A DNA stretch of 63,363 nucleotides, filler included, from Candidatus Woesearchaeota archaeon (GTDB taxonomy: Archaea; Nanobdellota; Nanobdellia; Woesearchaeales; B72-G16): assembly GCA_003650545.1 (NCBI GenBank). It is 3 parts of 3 records of this genome, joined end to end, with 100 filler letters (N's around TTAATTAATTAA, not from the genome) between each part and the next. Parts side by side here need not be neighbours in the genome. Positions count along the whole stretch, not along the records: positions 24,422 to 45,207 come from QMQO01000022.1; positions 45,308 to 63,363 come from QMQO01000026.1; 1 more part is not named here. One strand, given 5' to 3'. This document shows, in pieces, positions 39,995-50,895 of the stretch. The first letter of the stretch is position 1. Each line of letters begins with the position of its first letter. Position numbers and translations under genes: made by a program. The notes under the pieces are model-generated. The model saw only the letters and a list, made by a program, of their open reading frames with translations. It did not search any database and had not been told where the DNA came from.

Positions 39995-41137
39995 ATGGAG
40001 TATGATGATTATTCTGATGAACAAAGTAATCAAGAAACTTATTCTCATTCTGAACCAGAAGAAATAAAATCGCAGGTTGTCAATCAATCAACAACAGATG
40101 TTGATGCTGAGCTAGAAAGCATGCTTGCAAAACAACGTGCTAGTATAAAAGTGGTTGGCACCGGAGGTGGTGGCAATAACACAATCAATAGAATAACCGA
40201 AATTGGGATTGAAGGAGCAGAAACTATCGCTATCAATACTGATGCACAGGACTTGTTGTATACAACATCTGATAAGAAAATCATGATTGGTAGAGAGACA
40301 ACGCGAGGCATGGGTGCTGGCTCGATGCCAAAGCTAGGCGAAGAGGCTGCTAAGGAGTCTGAGCTTGAGATTAAAAAAGCAATAACTGGAGCAGACATGG
40401 TTTTTATTACATGTGGTCTTGGTGGAGGGACTGGAACAGGATCAGCGCCTATAATTGCAGAGATATCTAAAAAAACAGGCGCATTAACAGTAGCGATCGT
40501 AACAATGCCATTTGCAATGGAAGGTAACAGAAGATATGAAAATGCTGTTTTCGGTTTAGAACGCTTAGAGAAAATTGTTGACACATTGATCGTTATACCT
40601 AACGATAAACTATTAGAGCTAGCACCTGATCTACCATTGCACACCGCGTTCAAGGTTGCAGATGAAATTTTGACAAATGCTGTTAAAGGGATTGCTGAAT
40701 TAATCACAAAAGCAGGGCTAGTTAATCTAGATTTTGCAGATATCAAAGCAGTGATGAATGATGGTGGTGTTGCTTTAATTGGGATGGGTGAAAGCGACAG
40801 TGAAAATAGAGCAGACGAAGCTGTTGAAAAAGCCATTAATAACCCTCTGCTGGATGTTGATATTTCTGGCGCATCTGGTGCGTTGATTAATATTGTTGGT
40901 GGAGAAGATATGACTCTTGAGGAAGCCAAGAGAGTTGTTGAGATTGTTGCTGAACGCCTAGATGAAGATGCGCGTGTTATCTGGGGTGCATTGATTTCTG
41001 AAGATATGGCAAAAACGATAAGGGTTATGCTGATTGTGACAGGGGTTAGGAGTGCACAAATTCTAGGGAAAAAAGATAGAAGTAAAGAAAAAATTAAAGA
41101 AATTGAGGACGAACTAGGGATTGAGTTTGTTGAGTAA
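39995..41137 (+). CDS. ftsZ: cell division protein FtsZ
   Basis: [28 protein letters not shown]. Confidence 0.97.
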   Translation: MEYDDYSDEQSNQETYSHSEPEEIKSQVVNQSTTDVDAELESMLAKQRASIKVVGTGGGGNNTINRITEIGIEGAETIAINTDAQDLLYTTSDKKIMIGRETTRGMGAGSMPKLGEEAAKESELEIKKAITGADMVFITCGLGGGTGTGSAPIIAEISKKTGALTVAIVTMPFAMEGNRRYENAVFGLERLEKIVDTLIVIPNDKLLELAPDLPLHTAFKVADEILTNAVKGIAELITKAGLVNLDFADIKAVMNDGGVALIGMGESDSENRADEAVEKAINNPLLDVDISGASGALINIVGGEDMTLEEAKRVVEIVAERLDEDARVIWGALISEDMAKTIRVMLIVTGVRSAQILGKKDRSKEKIKEIEDELGIEFVE

Positions 41138-41173
41138 GTTTTAAATAATAAGAATAACTACTTTTCTTTTATA

Positions 41174-41548
41174 ATGATATACACTCCGTCAGAACACCCC
41201 TCGCAAGCATTTATTTTGATAACATTAATTGTTATTGCTGGAATACTTGGGACATTGCTGTGGAGCGTATATTTCTTGATTGTTGCGCTTTTGTTTTGGG
41301 TGCAATATACTGCGATTCTATCGTATCTGCAGTTTAGAAAAAAAAGAAGGTTTCCATACAAAGGATTCACGCAGATATTGCTGCATCCACAGGTCAGGTT
41401 TTTTGTGTTTGAGTTTCTAGCTGTTCTTGGTATTGGGACTTACTTTGTTTTTAGAATGCCTTATGTTGGTATAGTCGCTCTTGCAGCTTGGTGGCTTTTC
41501 TCCTTGAATTTCTATCGCTATTATGAAGAGTTTAAAATATACGAATAA
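41174..41548 (+). CDS. multi-pass membrane protein
   Basis: about four hydrophobic segments. Confidence 0.6.
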   Translation: MIYTPSEHPSQAFILITLIVIAGILGTLLWSVYFLIVALLFWVQYTAILSYLQFRKKRRFPYKGFTQILLHPQVRFFVFEFLAVLGIGTYFVFRMPYVGIVALAAWWLFSLNFYRYYEEFKIYE

Positions 41549-41785
41549 TAAAAGGAAAAAAAAAGAAAAAAAAGAAAAGCTTTATAAATAAATAATTAAA
41601 TCTCTACTGTACCTGATTCTCTATTCTAATAGGGAACAGTTGAAAACATAAAACCTTAAAACAATAAAACATTCAAAAAGAATAAATAAGATTGTTAATA
41701 ACAAAGATAAAAAGAACCAAAAGACAAAAATAAGAATCATCTGGGCTAAAGCCTGAAGATAGCCTTAAAGTAATAAAACATCAAA

Positions 41786-41992
41786 ATGGAACAAGTGAAA
41801 AAAACTTTGTGGAAAAGGTTTGGAGCATTTACTAGGGAATGCTGGCGCGTTTTAAGAGTTACAAAAAGACCAGACTGGCTAGAGTTTAAGACAATTGTTC
41901 AGGTGGCTGGTTTGGGAATGCTGATAATAGGCGCAATTGGCTTCATACTACAGATGATTAAGATAGTGTTCTTTGTAAAAGGGGGAATATAA
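41786..41992 (+). CDS. secE: protein translocase SecE/Sec61-gamma
   Basis: RVLRVTKRPD..EF...GLG..IIGAIGF; ftsZ-secE-spt5-rpl11 order. Confidence 0.92.
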   Translation: MEQVKKTLWKRFGAFTRECWRVLRVTKRPDWLEFKTIVQVAGLGMLIIGAIGFILQMIKIVFFVKGGI

Positions 41993-42465
41993 TGACAGAA
42001 CCACAAATCTATGCTGTCAGGACAACTGCTAATAGAGAAGATCAAGTTATGGACTTCATGAGCTCTAATATCGTAAAGAAAAAGCTCAAAGTTTACGCGA
42101 TAGTAAGACCGCATGGAATGCGCGGTTATATATTTGTTGAGGCTGAAACTAGATCAGATGCAGAGCAAGCAGCATTCAACATCCCTTATGCTCGCGGATT
42201 GCTGCCTAATGTTGTTGATTTTGAAGAGATCAGTCATATGCTTGAAGAAGTCAAGATTGCAATGACTATCAAGAAAAATGATATTGTTGAAATCATATCA
42301 GGACCATTTAAACGGGAGAAAGCAAAGATAACCAGGATTGATAAAACAAAAGAGGAGGTTGTTGTTGAACTTTTGGAAGCAGCAGTGCCTATCCCTATCA
42401 CATTAAAGATGGATGCTGTTAGAGTTATAAGGAGAGAAGGAGAAAAACCCACAGATGAAGATTAA
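41992..42465 (+). CDS. spt5: transcription elongation factor Spt5/NusG
   Basis: RGYIFVE, KOW DIVEIISGPFK, VPIPITL. Confidence 0.95.
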   Translation: MTEPQIYAVRTTANREDQVMDFMSSNIVKKKLKVYAIVRPHGMRGYIFVEAETRSDAEQAAFNIPYARGLLPNVVDFEEISHMLEEVKIAMTIKKNDIVEIISGPFKREKAKITRIDKTKEEVVVELLEAAVPIPITLKMDAVRVIRREGEKPTDED

Positions 42466-42519
42466 AAATCAGCATTATAGGTTCAAAAGAATTACGATTC
42501 AAATTATGAGGTAGATAAC

Positions 42520-43261
42520 ATGACCAAAGAAACGGTCGAAGCTCTCATTAATGGTGGCCAGGCTTCTGCAGCCCCACCATTGGGCCCCGCTTTTTAGTTT
42601 CTAGGCGAGAGGGCCTCTGGGAGTCAACATCGGCCAAGTTGTAGCTGAAATAAATAAAAAGACAGCTGATTTCAAAGGAATGCAGGTGCCAGTTAAGGTT
42701 ACTGTTGACACTGAAACAAAAAAGTTTGAAATTTCTGTTGGAACACCACCTGCAACTGCATTGATCAAGAAAGAAGCTGGAATAGAAAAAGCAGCGTCAA
42801 ATCCTAAAGAAGAAGTTGTCGCTGATCTTGCTATTGAGCAGGTTATTAAGATTGCAAAGATGAAAGAGGATGTTCTACTTGGTAGAGATAATGTTGCCAA
42901 GGTAAAAGAGATAATTGGCACATGCCAGAGCATGGGTGTGATGGTCGAGGGCAAGCCTGCTTCTGAAATATTGAAAGATATTGAAGCAGGAAAATTTAAG
43001 AGAGAGATTGAAGCTGGCAAAACTGAGTTAACAGAAGAAGAAAAAAAGGAGCTAGAAGAAGAAAAGAAAAAACTCGCAGAGGAATTAAAAGCTAAACGCG
43101 AACAGTATGTTGCCATGGCAAAAGACATAATGAAACAAATGGAAGGTAAGGAAGAAAGAGAATTAAAGAAAAAAATGATGGAAGCAAAAATTCCTTTGAC
43201 AATTATTAATGAATTGGTTGGTGCTGGTGAAAAGAAGTCTGAAGCTGGAGAAAAAAAATAA
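42520..43261 (+). CDS. rpl11: 50S ribosomal protein L11 (uL11), join(42520..42593,42610..43261)
   Basis: MTKETVEALINGGQASAAPPLGPA joins LGPLGVNIGQVV only after removing 16 nt; 241 aa after splicing. Confidence 0.9.
42594..42609 (+). other. 16-nt bulge-helix-bulge pre-mRNA intron
   Basis: GGCCC-CGCT-[TTT]-TAG-TTT-CTA-GGCG-[AGA]-GGGCC; cuts TT^T and AG^A restore GCT TTA GGG CCT. Confidence 0.85.
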
Positions 43262-43456
43262 TTATCTGCGTGAGTAATAAAAATTTTAAAAATATTAATA
43301 AAACAAATTAATCCAAATTATAAGCGATTTATAATTTATACAATTATACAAATATTTTAGAAAAAAAATTTGGTTCTTTAGAAACTTTTGTTCTTTGAAA
43401 ATAAAAAAAAGGATTGAAAATAAAAAAAAGGAGAAAAGGCTACAAAAATAGATAAA

Positions 43457-44281
43457 TTATTTTGACAGGTTTTTATATCTAACATACTTCACATTCATAT
43501 GGTCTAATAACTGGACAATCTTTTTTTTGTGGGGTCCTAGCCCCTTCCAATCAAGTATAACCAGATCGACTTTTTCCATAGTCTTGTTAATGGCTTGATT
43601 AAGCAGATCGTTGTTTAAATATCCTAACATGTGCTTTGCGCAAATATGACTCACTGCATATTCGGTTTTTAACATCACTTTAGTCACAACTTGGTTATAA
43701 TGGCCACCACCTAAAACTATTGCAGTTTTATATTTAGGGATGTTTCCAGAAAACATACTTGTTATGGTTCTGGCTATGATCTCACCAGCTTTTTTGTTTG
43801 TCCACTGCTTTTCAGTGCTGCCTATTTCAATAAACATAACAGGTTTTTCAAGATATGGACCATGATGGGTTTGCTCTAAAGTAACTTCAAACTCTGTGTT
43901 TTTCCCAAGCTCGTTTAGTTTCAGCAATGCTAATTTAAGATATGTAGCAGGGGCTATGCAAAGCTGATACGGCCTTCCGCCATGGCTATTGTCGTCACTC
44001 CAGTTACCTGGCGAATGTACTGATAAAGAGGGTACTTCTTGCTTTGATCTATGCTTTGTTGCAAAAACAAATAAGTCTGCTTCTATTTCTTTATCAATAT
44101 CTTCATTATAGATAGACTCCTTTTCTAGAGTGTAGATTTTTAATGTGCTGCTGTAAAGTTGTTTTTCAAACACTCTTTCTCCATGAAATGTTTCATCTGT
44201 TTCTTTAAATTCAAGAAGTAAATGCTCCTTTATATTCATTCCTGCTTTATCTGGCTTACAGCAGATTATTGCGATTTTCAT
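43457..44281 (-). CDS. dtdA: D-aminoacyl-tRNA deacylase (DTD2/DtdA)
   Basis: KHRS, SLSVHSPGN, EQTHHGP, FIEIGS, GGGHY. Confidence 0.9.
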   Translation of the reverse strand: MKIAIICCKPDKAGMNIKEHLLLEFKETDETFHGERVFEKQLYSSTLKIYTLEKESIYNEDIDKEIEADLFVFATKHRSKQEVPSLSVHSPGNWSDDNSHGGRPYQLCIAPATYLKLALLKLNELGKNTEFEVTLEQTHHGPYLEKPVMFIEIGSTEKQWTNKKAGEIIARTITSMFSGNIPKYKTAIVLGGGHYNQVVTKVMLKTEYAVSHICAKHMLGYLNNDLLNQAINKTMEKVDLVILDWKGLGPHKKKIVQLLDHMNVKYVRYKNLSK

Positions 44282-44363
44282 TTTAATTCAAATTTAATTT
44301 AGATATATAAATATAATCAAATAAAAAAAAGAAAAAATATTCACCTTTCATTGCTGTTTATAT

Positions 44364-44558
44364 TTACCTTTTAACTAGGTAATAGATTGTGTATAGACCT
44401 GCTACACCAAATATGATGTTCAATATCTTTAACACTACTGGTACGCTAGAAAAAATTGCACCAAGAATGTTATAATTAGCGACACCAGCTATACCTAGAT
44501 TCACGCCTGCAATGATAAGCAGAATCAAGGCAATAAGATCCAAAATCTTTGTGTCCAT
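44364..44558 (-). CDS. DUF378-like small membrane protein
   Basis: LLIIAGVNLG..G...NILGAIF...FGVAGLY. Confidence 0.7.
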   Translation of the reverse strand: MDTKILDLIALILLIIAGVNLGIAGVANYNILGAIFSSVPVVLKILNIIFGVAGLYTIYYLVKR

Positions 44559-44699
44559 TATAAATCACCTCTTAATTTTTTCATAGATAATTAGATGTCA
44601 TTTATATATCTTTCTGATGTTTTAAGGGGATTGAGGGATGGCTAGATTTTTATAGTTGATATAGCTAGTTTTTTATAGTTGATACAAAATGCTATTTTC

Positions 44700-45182
44700 A
44701 TGAAATACACAGAAGCTGATCTTTGTCAGCTTGGCCAAGGATGCTTTGGCTGCTGTGGTCGCAACTATAAAAGTAAGAAAGAGATAGAGAAAGCCTTAGT
44801 TGAAAATATTAGTGATTTTCATAAAATTGTGAAAAATGGTACAATCGAAGAACTTAAGAGGTTTAGAGACAGACATGATAAAAACGATCTTCATGCATGC
44901 GGTATTTGCTATAACTTGATTATAATCAATGGCAAGCTTGGTTGTCCTCTACATCCTAAGGTCTGCGGACAAGAGTTAAGGGAAGATCATTGTGATATTC
45001 TGCATCTATGCAGAGCTGCAAAGATGTTTTCAATGTTTGATGACGATAAAAAAGCTGAATTTATTGAGTTTCTTCTTAAGAAAAAGTTAGATTGGTATGA
45101 GTTTTCAATGGGGATGGATAATGATAACTTATTGAAAGAGTTCTTAAGAGAAAATAAAAATAAAATAAATAATAATAAATGA
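44700..45182 (+). CDS. Cys-rich hypothetical protein
   Basis: GCFGCCG, C.NL, GCPLHP. Confidence 0.6.
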   Translation: MKYTEADLCQLGQGCFGCCGRNYKSKKEIEKALVENISDFHKIVKNGTIEELKRFRDRHDKNDLHACGICYNLIIINGKLGCPLHPKVCGQELREDHCDILHLCRAAKMFSMFDDDKKAEFIEFLLKKKLDWYEFSMGMDNDNLLKEFLRENKNKINNNK

Positions 45183-45207
45183 AAGAATTTCTTAAGAGAG
45201 AATAAAA

Positions 45208-45307
45208 NNNNNNNNNNNNNNNNNNNNNNNNNNNNNNNNNNNNNNNNNNNNTTAATTAATTAANNNNNNNNNNNNNNNNNNNNNNNNNNNNNNNNNNNNN
45301 NNNNNNN
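45208..45307. other. artificial contig spacer
   Basis: N-run flanking TTAATTAATTAA. Confidence 0.97.
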
Positions 45308-45359
45308 GAGTTTTCCTTCCTATAATTTTACCTCTCTTCATGGTAATACCTCCTTTGGG

Positions 45360-45680
45360 TTATTGCAGCAACTGCACCGCGGGCTCAAGACCCCCGATAA
45401 TCGTATCGAGCTTCACCCGCACATCATCGATCTCACCAGCCTCTAACGAAGCTTTGAGTTCTTTCAGACGCAATACAGCTTCCTTTATGGTTTCTGTATA
45501 GTCGTCCACCTCAGCTTCGAGCTCTCCAATGCGATCATCAAGCCTGTCTATCGTATCGTATGCATCATCTGCTCTGTCTGTTGCATCAGAGAGTTCATTC
45601 TCAAGCTCGGAGATGTATTTTTCGTATTCATCTACTGATTCGTGGATGGCAAATATCTCTTTATTGGACATCTTAGACAT
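45360..45680 (-). CDS. acidic coiled-coil protein
   Basis: heptad pattern; AAAGGAGG SD upstream. Confidence 0.55.
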   Translation of the reverse strand: MSKMSNKEIFAIHESVDEYEKYISELENELSDATDRADDAYDTIDRLDDRIGELEAEVDDYTETIKEAVLRLKELKASLEAGEIDDVRVKLDTIIGGLEPAVQLLQ

Positions 45681-46253
45681 ATATAAAACCTCCTTTATTT
45701 ATTTTACCCTGGCCGAACCCGGGTTCAGCACACCCCCTGACATGCCGTCAGACGCACAGAAATGCCCCTAGAATCCATTTTCTCATGCGGGGGTATACCT
45801 ATATATGGGTTCGATCAGTATGGGTTACGGTGTACTAAAAGGTACACCAGACTTATTTTAATTACGACAACGAAAATTGAAGGAAACAGTTTATGAAGAC
45901 TAAAAGTGTAACGTCACATCACTCACCAAATTTCGCATCAGACGCACAGAAATGGGTCTAGAATCCATTTTGTGTAATTTTTACCCATATAAAAAGGATA
46001 TGTCGAAAGTTCGACAGCAGATACATGCATACGATGCATGCATATATTGAACACTTTCGGAGTGATCACCCCCCTGGCCCCCGGAGGGGGGTCTTAGCAC
46101 CCCAAAATGTTCCCTTCTCTCCCCTTCTTCTCCCTTCCTTCTTCCCTTCTCTTATATATCTCATCCTATTAACTATCCCTTATTATCCCCTCTTATCCTT
46201 CATATTAATCGTGCATCATTGCCTTCGATATATATATATAGAGTGTTTTCTTC

Positions 46254-46304
46254 GTAATATATAATTACAGTCTTCGTTTCACTTCGACTGTAATTATATA
46301 TTAC
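46254..46304. repeat. perfect 19-bp inverted repeat
   Basis: GTAATATATAATTACAGTC-13nt-GACTGTAATTATATATTAC. Confidence 0.9.
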
Positions 46305-46417
46305 TTATACTATTAATATCTAACACAGAGCTTCGATCGAAGGCATTTTTACGCGAAGAAAGAGGGTGAAGACGGGGATATTTCGCGCAAAAGTGTCTAA
46401 TTTCGCGAGGGAAAAGT

Positions 46418-46479
46418 TCAGGGTATATATATTAATACATCAATAATAGATTATTAATATATTAATATATATACCCTGA
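46418..46479. repeat. 62-bp near-perfect AT-rich palindrome
   Basis: 20-bp perfect arms TCAGGGTATATATATTAATA / TATTAATATATATACCCTGA with further inner pairing. Confidence 0.9.
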
Positions 46480-47098
46480 GGCGCACTTTACAAGGTTCAC
46501 AGACGGGGACAACCACTGCTGCACTGCGCTGACCCTTGAGGGGTCAGCGCTGCTACGCAAGCCGGCGGTTAGTGTGTATAGCCGGGAGTGTATGCATGCA
46601 CTTCCGGGGGGAAGCATATTTACCCTCATCTGAGAGAAGAGTTTCCCCAAAGCTTCCTCCATAGATCCTTCGTGTAACTATTACAGTAAGGTGCATTTTG
46701 GCACGGTACTTGCGCACATCCCTTCGACAAGCTCGGGGGATGAGCTACTGCCCCCTGACCCCCGGAGGGGGGTTCAGGTTACACATCTGACATGCCGTCA
46801 GACGCACGTAAAGGGGTCTAGAATCCATTTACTCATGCGGGGGTATACTATAGTATACCCCGACTCCGAAAATGCAATACAGCGAAACCTCGTGCGTCTG
46901 AGAGCATTTTAGCGTCTATACGATGGAGCAGCCATCATGCATTTCGAAAAAATTTCGATATTATGCACCCCCCGCCCCCCGGAGGGGGGCAAAAAAAAAG
47001 AAAAGAAGTAAAGTATAGTTCCCATGTATATCGAAAAAATTTCGTTGTTCTCCGGCAGGGCTCACACATGGCAAGCCCTACCGGAGTAACGTTTATTT

Positions 47099-47515
47099 TC
47101 AGAATGTCTCTTCAGCTTTGGTGTCAGTGGCTGGAGTTACCTCCGATTCCACTGCCACCTCGGCCTCTGCTTCGGGCTCGGCTTCGGAGCGTGGTCGTGG
47201 CCCGAACGTTACGTTCTGCGCGACCACTTCGGTTATATATCTCCGTTGGCCGTTGCTCTCATACGAGCGACTGGCCAAGCGTCCCTCTACAGTTATGCTC
47301 CGGCCTTTGCCGAGATACTCGGCGATGTTCTCTGCCTGTTTTCCCCACGCGACCACGCGCAGGAAATCGGCAGACTTTACCAAGTCGCCGCTGGCAGTCC
47401 GATACTGCCTGTTAACGGCGATCGTAAAGTTCGCCACCGGGCGTCCGGACTGCGTGTAACGCAGTTCGGGATCCCGCACTAAATTCCCGCTTAAAATTAC
47501 ACGATTGATATTCAT
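47099..47515 (-). CDS. ssb: single-stranded DNA-binding protein
   Basis: NRVILSGNLVRDPELRYT, AWGKQAE, VEGRL, acidic tail. Confidence 0.95.
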   Translation of the reverse strand: MNINRVILSGNLVRDPELRYTQSGRPVANFTIAVNRQYRTASGDLVKSADFLRVVAWGKQAENIAEYLGKGRSITVEGRLASRSYESNGQRRYITEVVAQNVTFGPRPRSEAEPEAEAEVAVESEVTPATDTKAEETF

Positions 47516-48731
47516 TATTCTACCTCCTTTTCTACGACGTTTTCAGCCAATGTGGCTTCTACGTCGTCTTTTGTTGTGTTAATAACAGCTTTCCTTTCGC
47601 CCTCCAGCTTGTCTGCTAAAGAGCGAACTAACTTTGCCGCCGTGCCTCTGTTCTGCTCGACGGCTTTCCCGATCTCAGACCTGATGTCTGATGCTAATTT
47701 CATCAGGTCAGCAATTATTATATTCATACTAATTCCTCCTTTTCGATGATGATCTCGTCGACCACCTTGTTGAAGGCAGCCTCGGTCTCATCCTTCTCTT
47801 TGGCCGCGCTCTCATTTATCATCCCTGCTGCAGCCAGAAACAGGGTGATAATATCAGAAGCCATCCTTTCCAGTTTGGCTTCCTCGTTTTTATCTAAATT
47901 TTCTGGAAATATTATATTCATCTTTTACCTCCTTCCAGGGATGCGAACCAGTCCCATTTTCTCCAGCATCCACAGTAGCTTCACACTGGGATGCTCGGAG
48001 ACTGATGGACATCCCTTCTTGAGCCGAATCAGCGACCTGACCCGGCTTATAACATAATTTTTCTCGTCGTCCGTCGGACTGAGGATGACGTCCTCTTCCC
48101 TGCGACGAGAGTCTCTAACCACGATGGATATCGGCATGATGAGGGCATTGCCATCCTCATCGCACCGATATCCATTTATCACTCTATCTCCCCTTTCTTC
48201 GAGCTCGGTCCTATTGAGATCTAAATTCATCGATCTCCTCCAGGAGCTTCCTGAGTGCCTCGTCGCCGCCTTCGCGCCATGCTCTGCGGAGGATGCACTC
48301 ATGAGCGAGCTCTGCTAATTCATCGAACTCACTCTTTTCTTCTGCGGCGACGGGGAGAAGATCGCCACAGATGCACTCCCCATACTGACGACCATCGGAC
48401 AGTGTCCTGATGGTGTCATCGGGGGCATTAATCTCTTTGCCGCCACAAAAGACGCATGGAGTAGCGGCATATACCTTTTTTCTACGCATAAAAAATCACC
48501 TCCTTATGCGTACTTATCCTCGATTTCTTTCTCCACGACACCAGCGGCATCGTAGATGTCGAGGATATCATCCATTGACAATTTTATGCCCTTTTTCTTC
48601 AGTACGTGAATTATGTCACGTAACTGTGACGGCTTTATTAGATGTTCTTTTACGATTATTTTCTTCTTCATTGTTTCCTCCTTTCGGGGCTCTGTGCAAG
48701 CCCCAATTGATATATCTCTAATGGGAGCCAT
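47515..48731 (-). CDS. run of small hypothetical phage genes (47515-47727, 47724-47921, 47925-48230, 48211-48489, 48504-48671)
   Basis: overlapping stop/start, SD sequences; 48211-48489 has Cys pairs. Confidence 0.55.
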
Positions 48732-48816
48732 GCAAGCACCACTCGGCGCTTCCCAGCACAGCTCCCATGTACTTCCACACCGATCTTGGGTTCCAGAGAG
48801 TTAGATCAGAGTCTTT

Positions 48817-49161
48817 TTACCTTACGTAGACGATGATCTTCCCTCTCAGTTCACCCAGGGTGAAGGCATATACCTTTACCCGTTTGCTTCCCTCTCCTAC
48901 ACCACCGAAGAGGGAGCGGATAAAGGCATATTTCTCTCCCTCGTTAAGTTCTCTGAGGGAAGAGTCCTCGCCCAGAAGAGCCTTTTCAAGCTCATCAGCG
49001 AAGGACGCCTTCGTCTCCCATGTATCTAGCACGAGAGACTCCGCTGGGTGAATGAAATCCAGGATCCTCTTACCTGTCGAATAAGACAGGTATCCTGACG
49101 GGATAACTTTAGTCCCATCAGGAATGATCCTGAACTCCATACCCAAGACCGAGAATGTCAT
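48817..49161 (-). CDS. hypothetical protein, paralog of 51660-51998
   Basis: shared FRIIPDGT..VPSGYLSYSTG.RILDFI.P. Confidence 0.75.
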   Translation of the reverse strand: MTFSVLGMEFRIIPDGTKVIPSGYLSYSTGKRILDFIHPAESLVLDTWETKASFADELEKALLGEDSSLRELNEGEKYAFIRSLFGGVGEGSKRVKVYAFTLGELRGKIIVYVR

Positions 49162-49217
49162 TTAGTTATCACCTCCTTTTCTATTTTCTAATGGTCATAT
49201 TGTCTGCGAATTTATTC

Positions 49218-49568
49218 TTACTTCATATCACTGAAGAAGAATACTCGCAGTTTCCCATTTTTGTCTGGTTTGATCATCCCCGTGATTTGGGCTCCTTTGA
49301 ATCCATACTCATTGTCCGAGGATACAATCTCTTCCAATGTGATGTATACCATAGAGCAATTTGGATCCACTTTCTCTGGATTACCCTGTACAACTCTGAT
49401 GTTGCACTTCAGTTCCGTAGGATAATCTAGCATGGTCAGGTCGCCATTTTTGGACTTAGATACTATTACATTGGATCCCTCCTTAGGCTCTCTTTCCCCA
49501 TGGACTATTTCATGCGCGGCCTTTGCGATACTATTCATCTTCGAATTTGCACTAAAGAACTTAGCCAT
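49218..49568 (-). CDS. hypothetical protein
   Basis: AAAGGAGG SD. Confidence 0.6.
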   Translation of the reverse strand: MAKFFSANSKMNSIAKAAHEIVHGEREPKEGSNVIVSKSKNGDLTMLDYPTELKCNIRVVQGNPEKVDPNCSMVYITLEEIVSSDNEYGFKGAQITGMIKPDKNGKLRVFFFSDMK

Positions 49569-49632
49569 TTTACTACCTCCTTTCTCGGGGCCAAGCCCAG
49601 TAGGCGTGACCCCGAAATGAAAAAAGAAAGAA

Positions 49633-50121
49633 CTACTTTATCTTCCTCGGATCCAGGACTATGATCTCCAGCTTGCTCTTGCAAGCCTCGATCATCCTCC
49701 TTGTTCCTCCCGGCAGTCCGGCATATACTGCCAGGAGGACGGACCCTTCCTCCTCGAGCAGCCAATCCTTCATGGCTGCATTTCTCTTTTCCATGCAGCC
49801 ACGAAAGTATGGCTTCGAGGAGACCATTCGTACTTCGTGTGCAGCTTCCAGAAGCCGCTTGTATAGTGCTTGCGACTTTGGAGGCCATACTCTGTCCTGG
49901 CCCGCACAGGGCACGAATGCCACATATGGCACTTGTGTCTCTACACAGGCCAGACAGAATAACTGGTCAACGCCCAGCGCCATCCCTGTGCAGCCAACGG
50001 ATGGCTTCAATTCATGAAGTCTCTCCGTCAGCCACCGCAGGATGGCTTTATTCGCCGGGTGATCCAGGTTATACCCACCCGGCAGAGCACGTGGGCGATG
50101 CCCAGTTACTCCGATCCTCAT
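49633..50121 (-). CDS. DUF1273/YspA SLOG-family protein
   Basis: GVTGHRP, GMALGVDQ, RNAAM, GGT. Confidence 0.85.
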   Translation of the reverse strand: MRIGVTGHRPRALPGGYNLDHPANKAILRWLTERLHELKPSVGCTGMALGVDQLFCLACVETQVPYVAFVPCAGQDRVWPPKSQALYKRLLEAAHEVRMVSSKPYFRGCMEKRNAAMKDWLLEEEGSVLLAVYAGLPGGTRRMIEACKSKLEIIVLDPRKIK

Positions 50122-50321
50122 ACTTTTTCACCTCCTTCCATTGTGTCCAGGCCCTTTCGGTCATCCATGGCTTCCAGGGCTTCCTTCAGATACACCTCGA
50201 AAGGCTTCCTTTCCTTTCGGGGGCCTCTCCTGCTCCCATGTGACCCATGTTGCTGTCGTCCCCATGGGAACAGAAGAGGCTGACAACACTTAATTTTCAT
50301 TTTTCCCTTATCACCTCCTTT

Positions 50322-50868
50322 TTACCGAAGGACAATATTATCATCCGGCAACGATACGTGCAACGTTGCAGAGAGGTTGTCCTTCCAGAACCGGAAGTCC
50401 TCCTTGACTCCCTTCCCCTCTACTATAACAAGGGGACCCTTATTGCTGTAATAAAGTAGAGTAAGGGTCATCCCTTCCAGTTCGATGACCGTCCGGTCAT
50501 CGAACTCTTTGATTTCTACTTTTGTCTTTCTCATTTTTACCTCCTTTCTGGACGGCTTATCCCATCCACTTGCCGTCCATGATCAACCACCACCTTTTCT
50601 GGATCTTCCACGGTGGGATGACCCAGAGAATGGCGTGGCCCTCTCGAGCCAGCCGGGCATATCGGCTGTCTTTATATTTATTTTGTTCAATAAACGTAAA
50701 GACGCCGACTCCGGGCTTTCTCACCTGGATCCCCCGACACTTGCCGCCGGAGAATCCAATTACGGGGAAGCCAAGGATCTTGTCCCCTCGTTTTGCTTCG
50801 GGTAACTCTTTGGCTACCCGAAGAGCGAAGTCTTTCAACTTCGCCATATTAACTTTGTTCTTATCCAT
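50322..50868 (-). CDS. two small hypothetical genes (50322-50534, 50557-50868)
   Basis: each with AAAGGAGG SD. Confidence 0.55.
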
Positions 50869-50895
50869 TCTATTTTACCTCCTTTCTCGCCTGGC

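Larger units (their letters stand above)
45737..46901. repeat. dispersed direct repeats (CTGACATGCCGTCAGACGCAC..CTAGAATCCATTT..CATGCGGGGGTATAC)
   Basis: copies at about 45737-45798, 45938-45971 (partial), 46787-46848; inverted fragment 46891-46901. Confidence 0.85.

Noticed and set aside
40084..40929. 281-aa antisense ORF
   Set aside because: Shadow of ftsZ; likewise the antisense ORFs over thermosome, rpl11 and nrdJ
42592..42610. rpl11 as pseudogene, sequencing error or programmed frameshift
   Set aside because: The insert forms an exact BHB whose canonical cuts restore the conserved peptide; unlikely by chance
46025..47415. Short ORFs in the repeat block and opposite ssb
   Set aside because: No SD, low complexity, overlap palindromes or ssb
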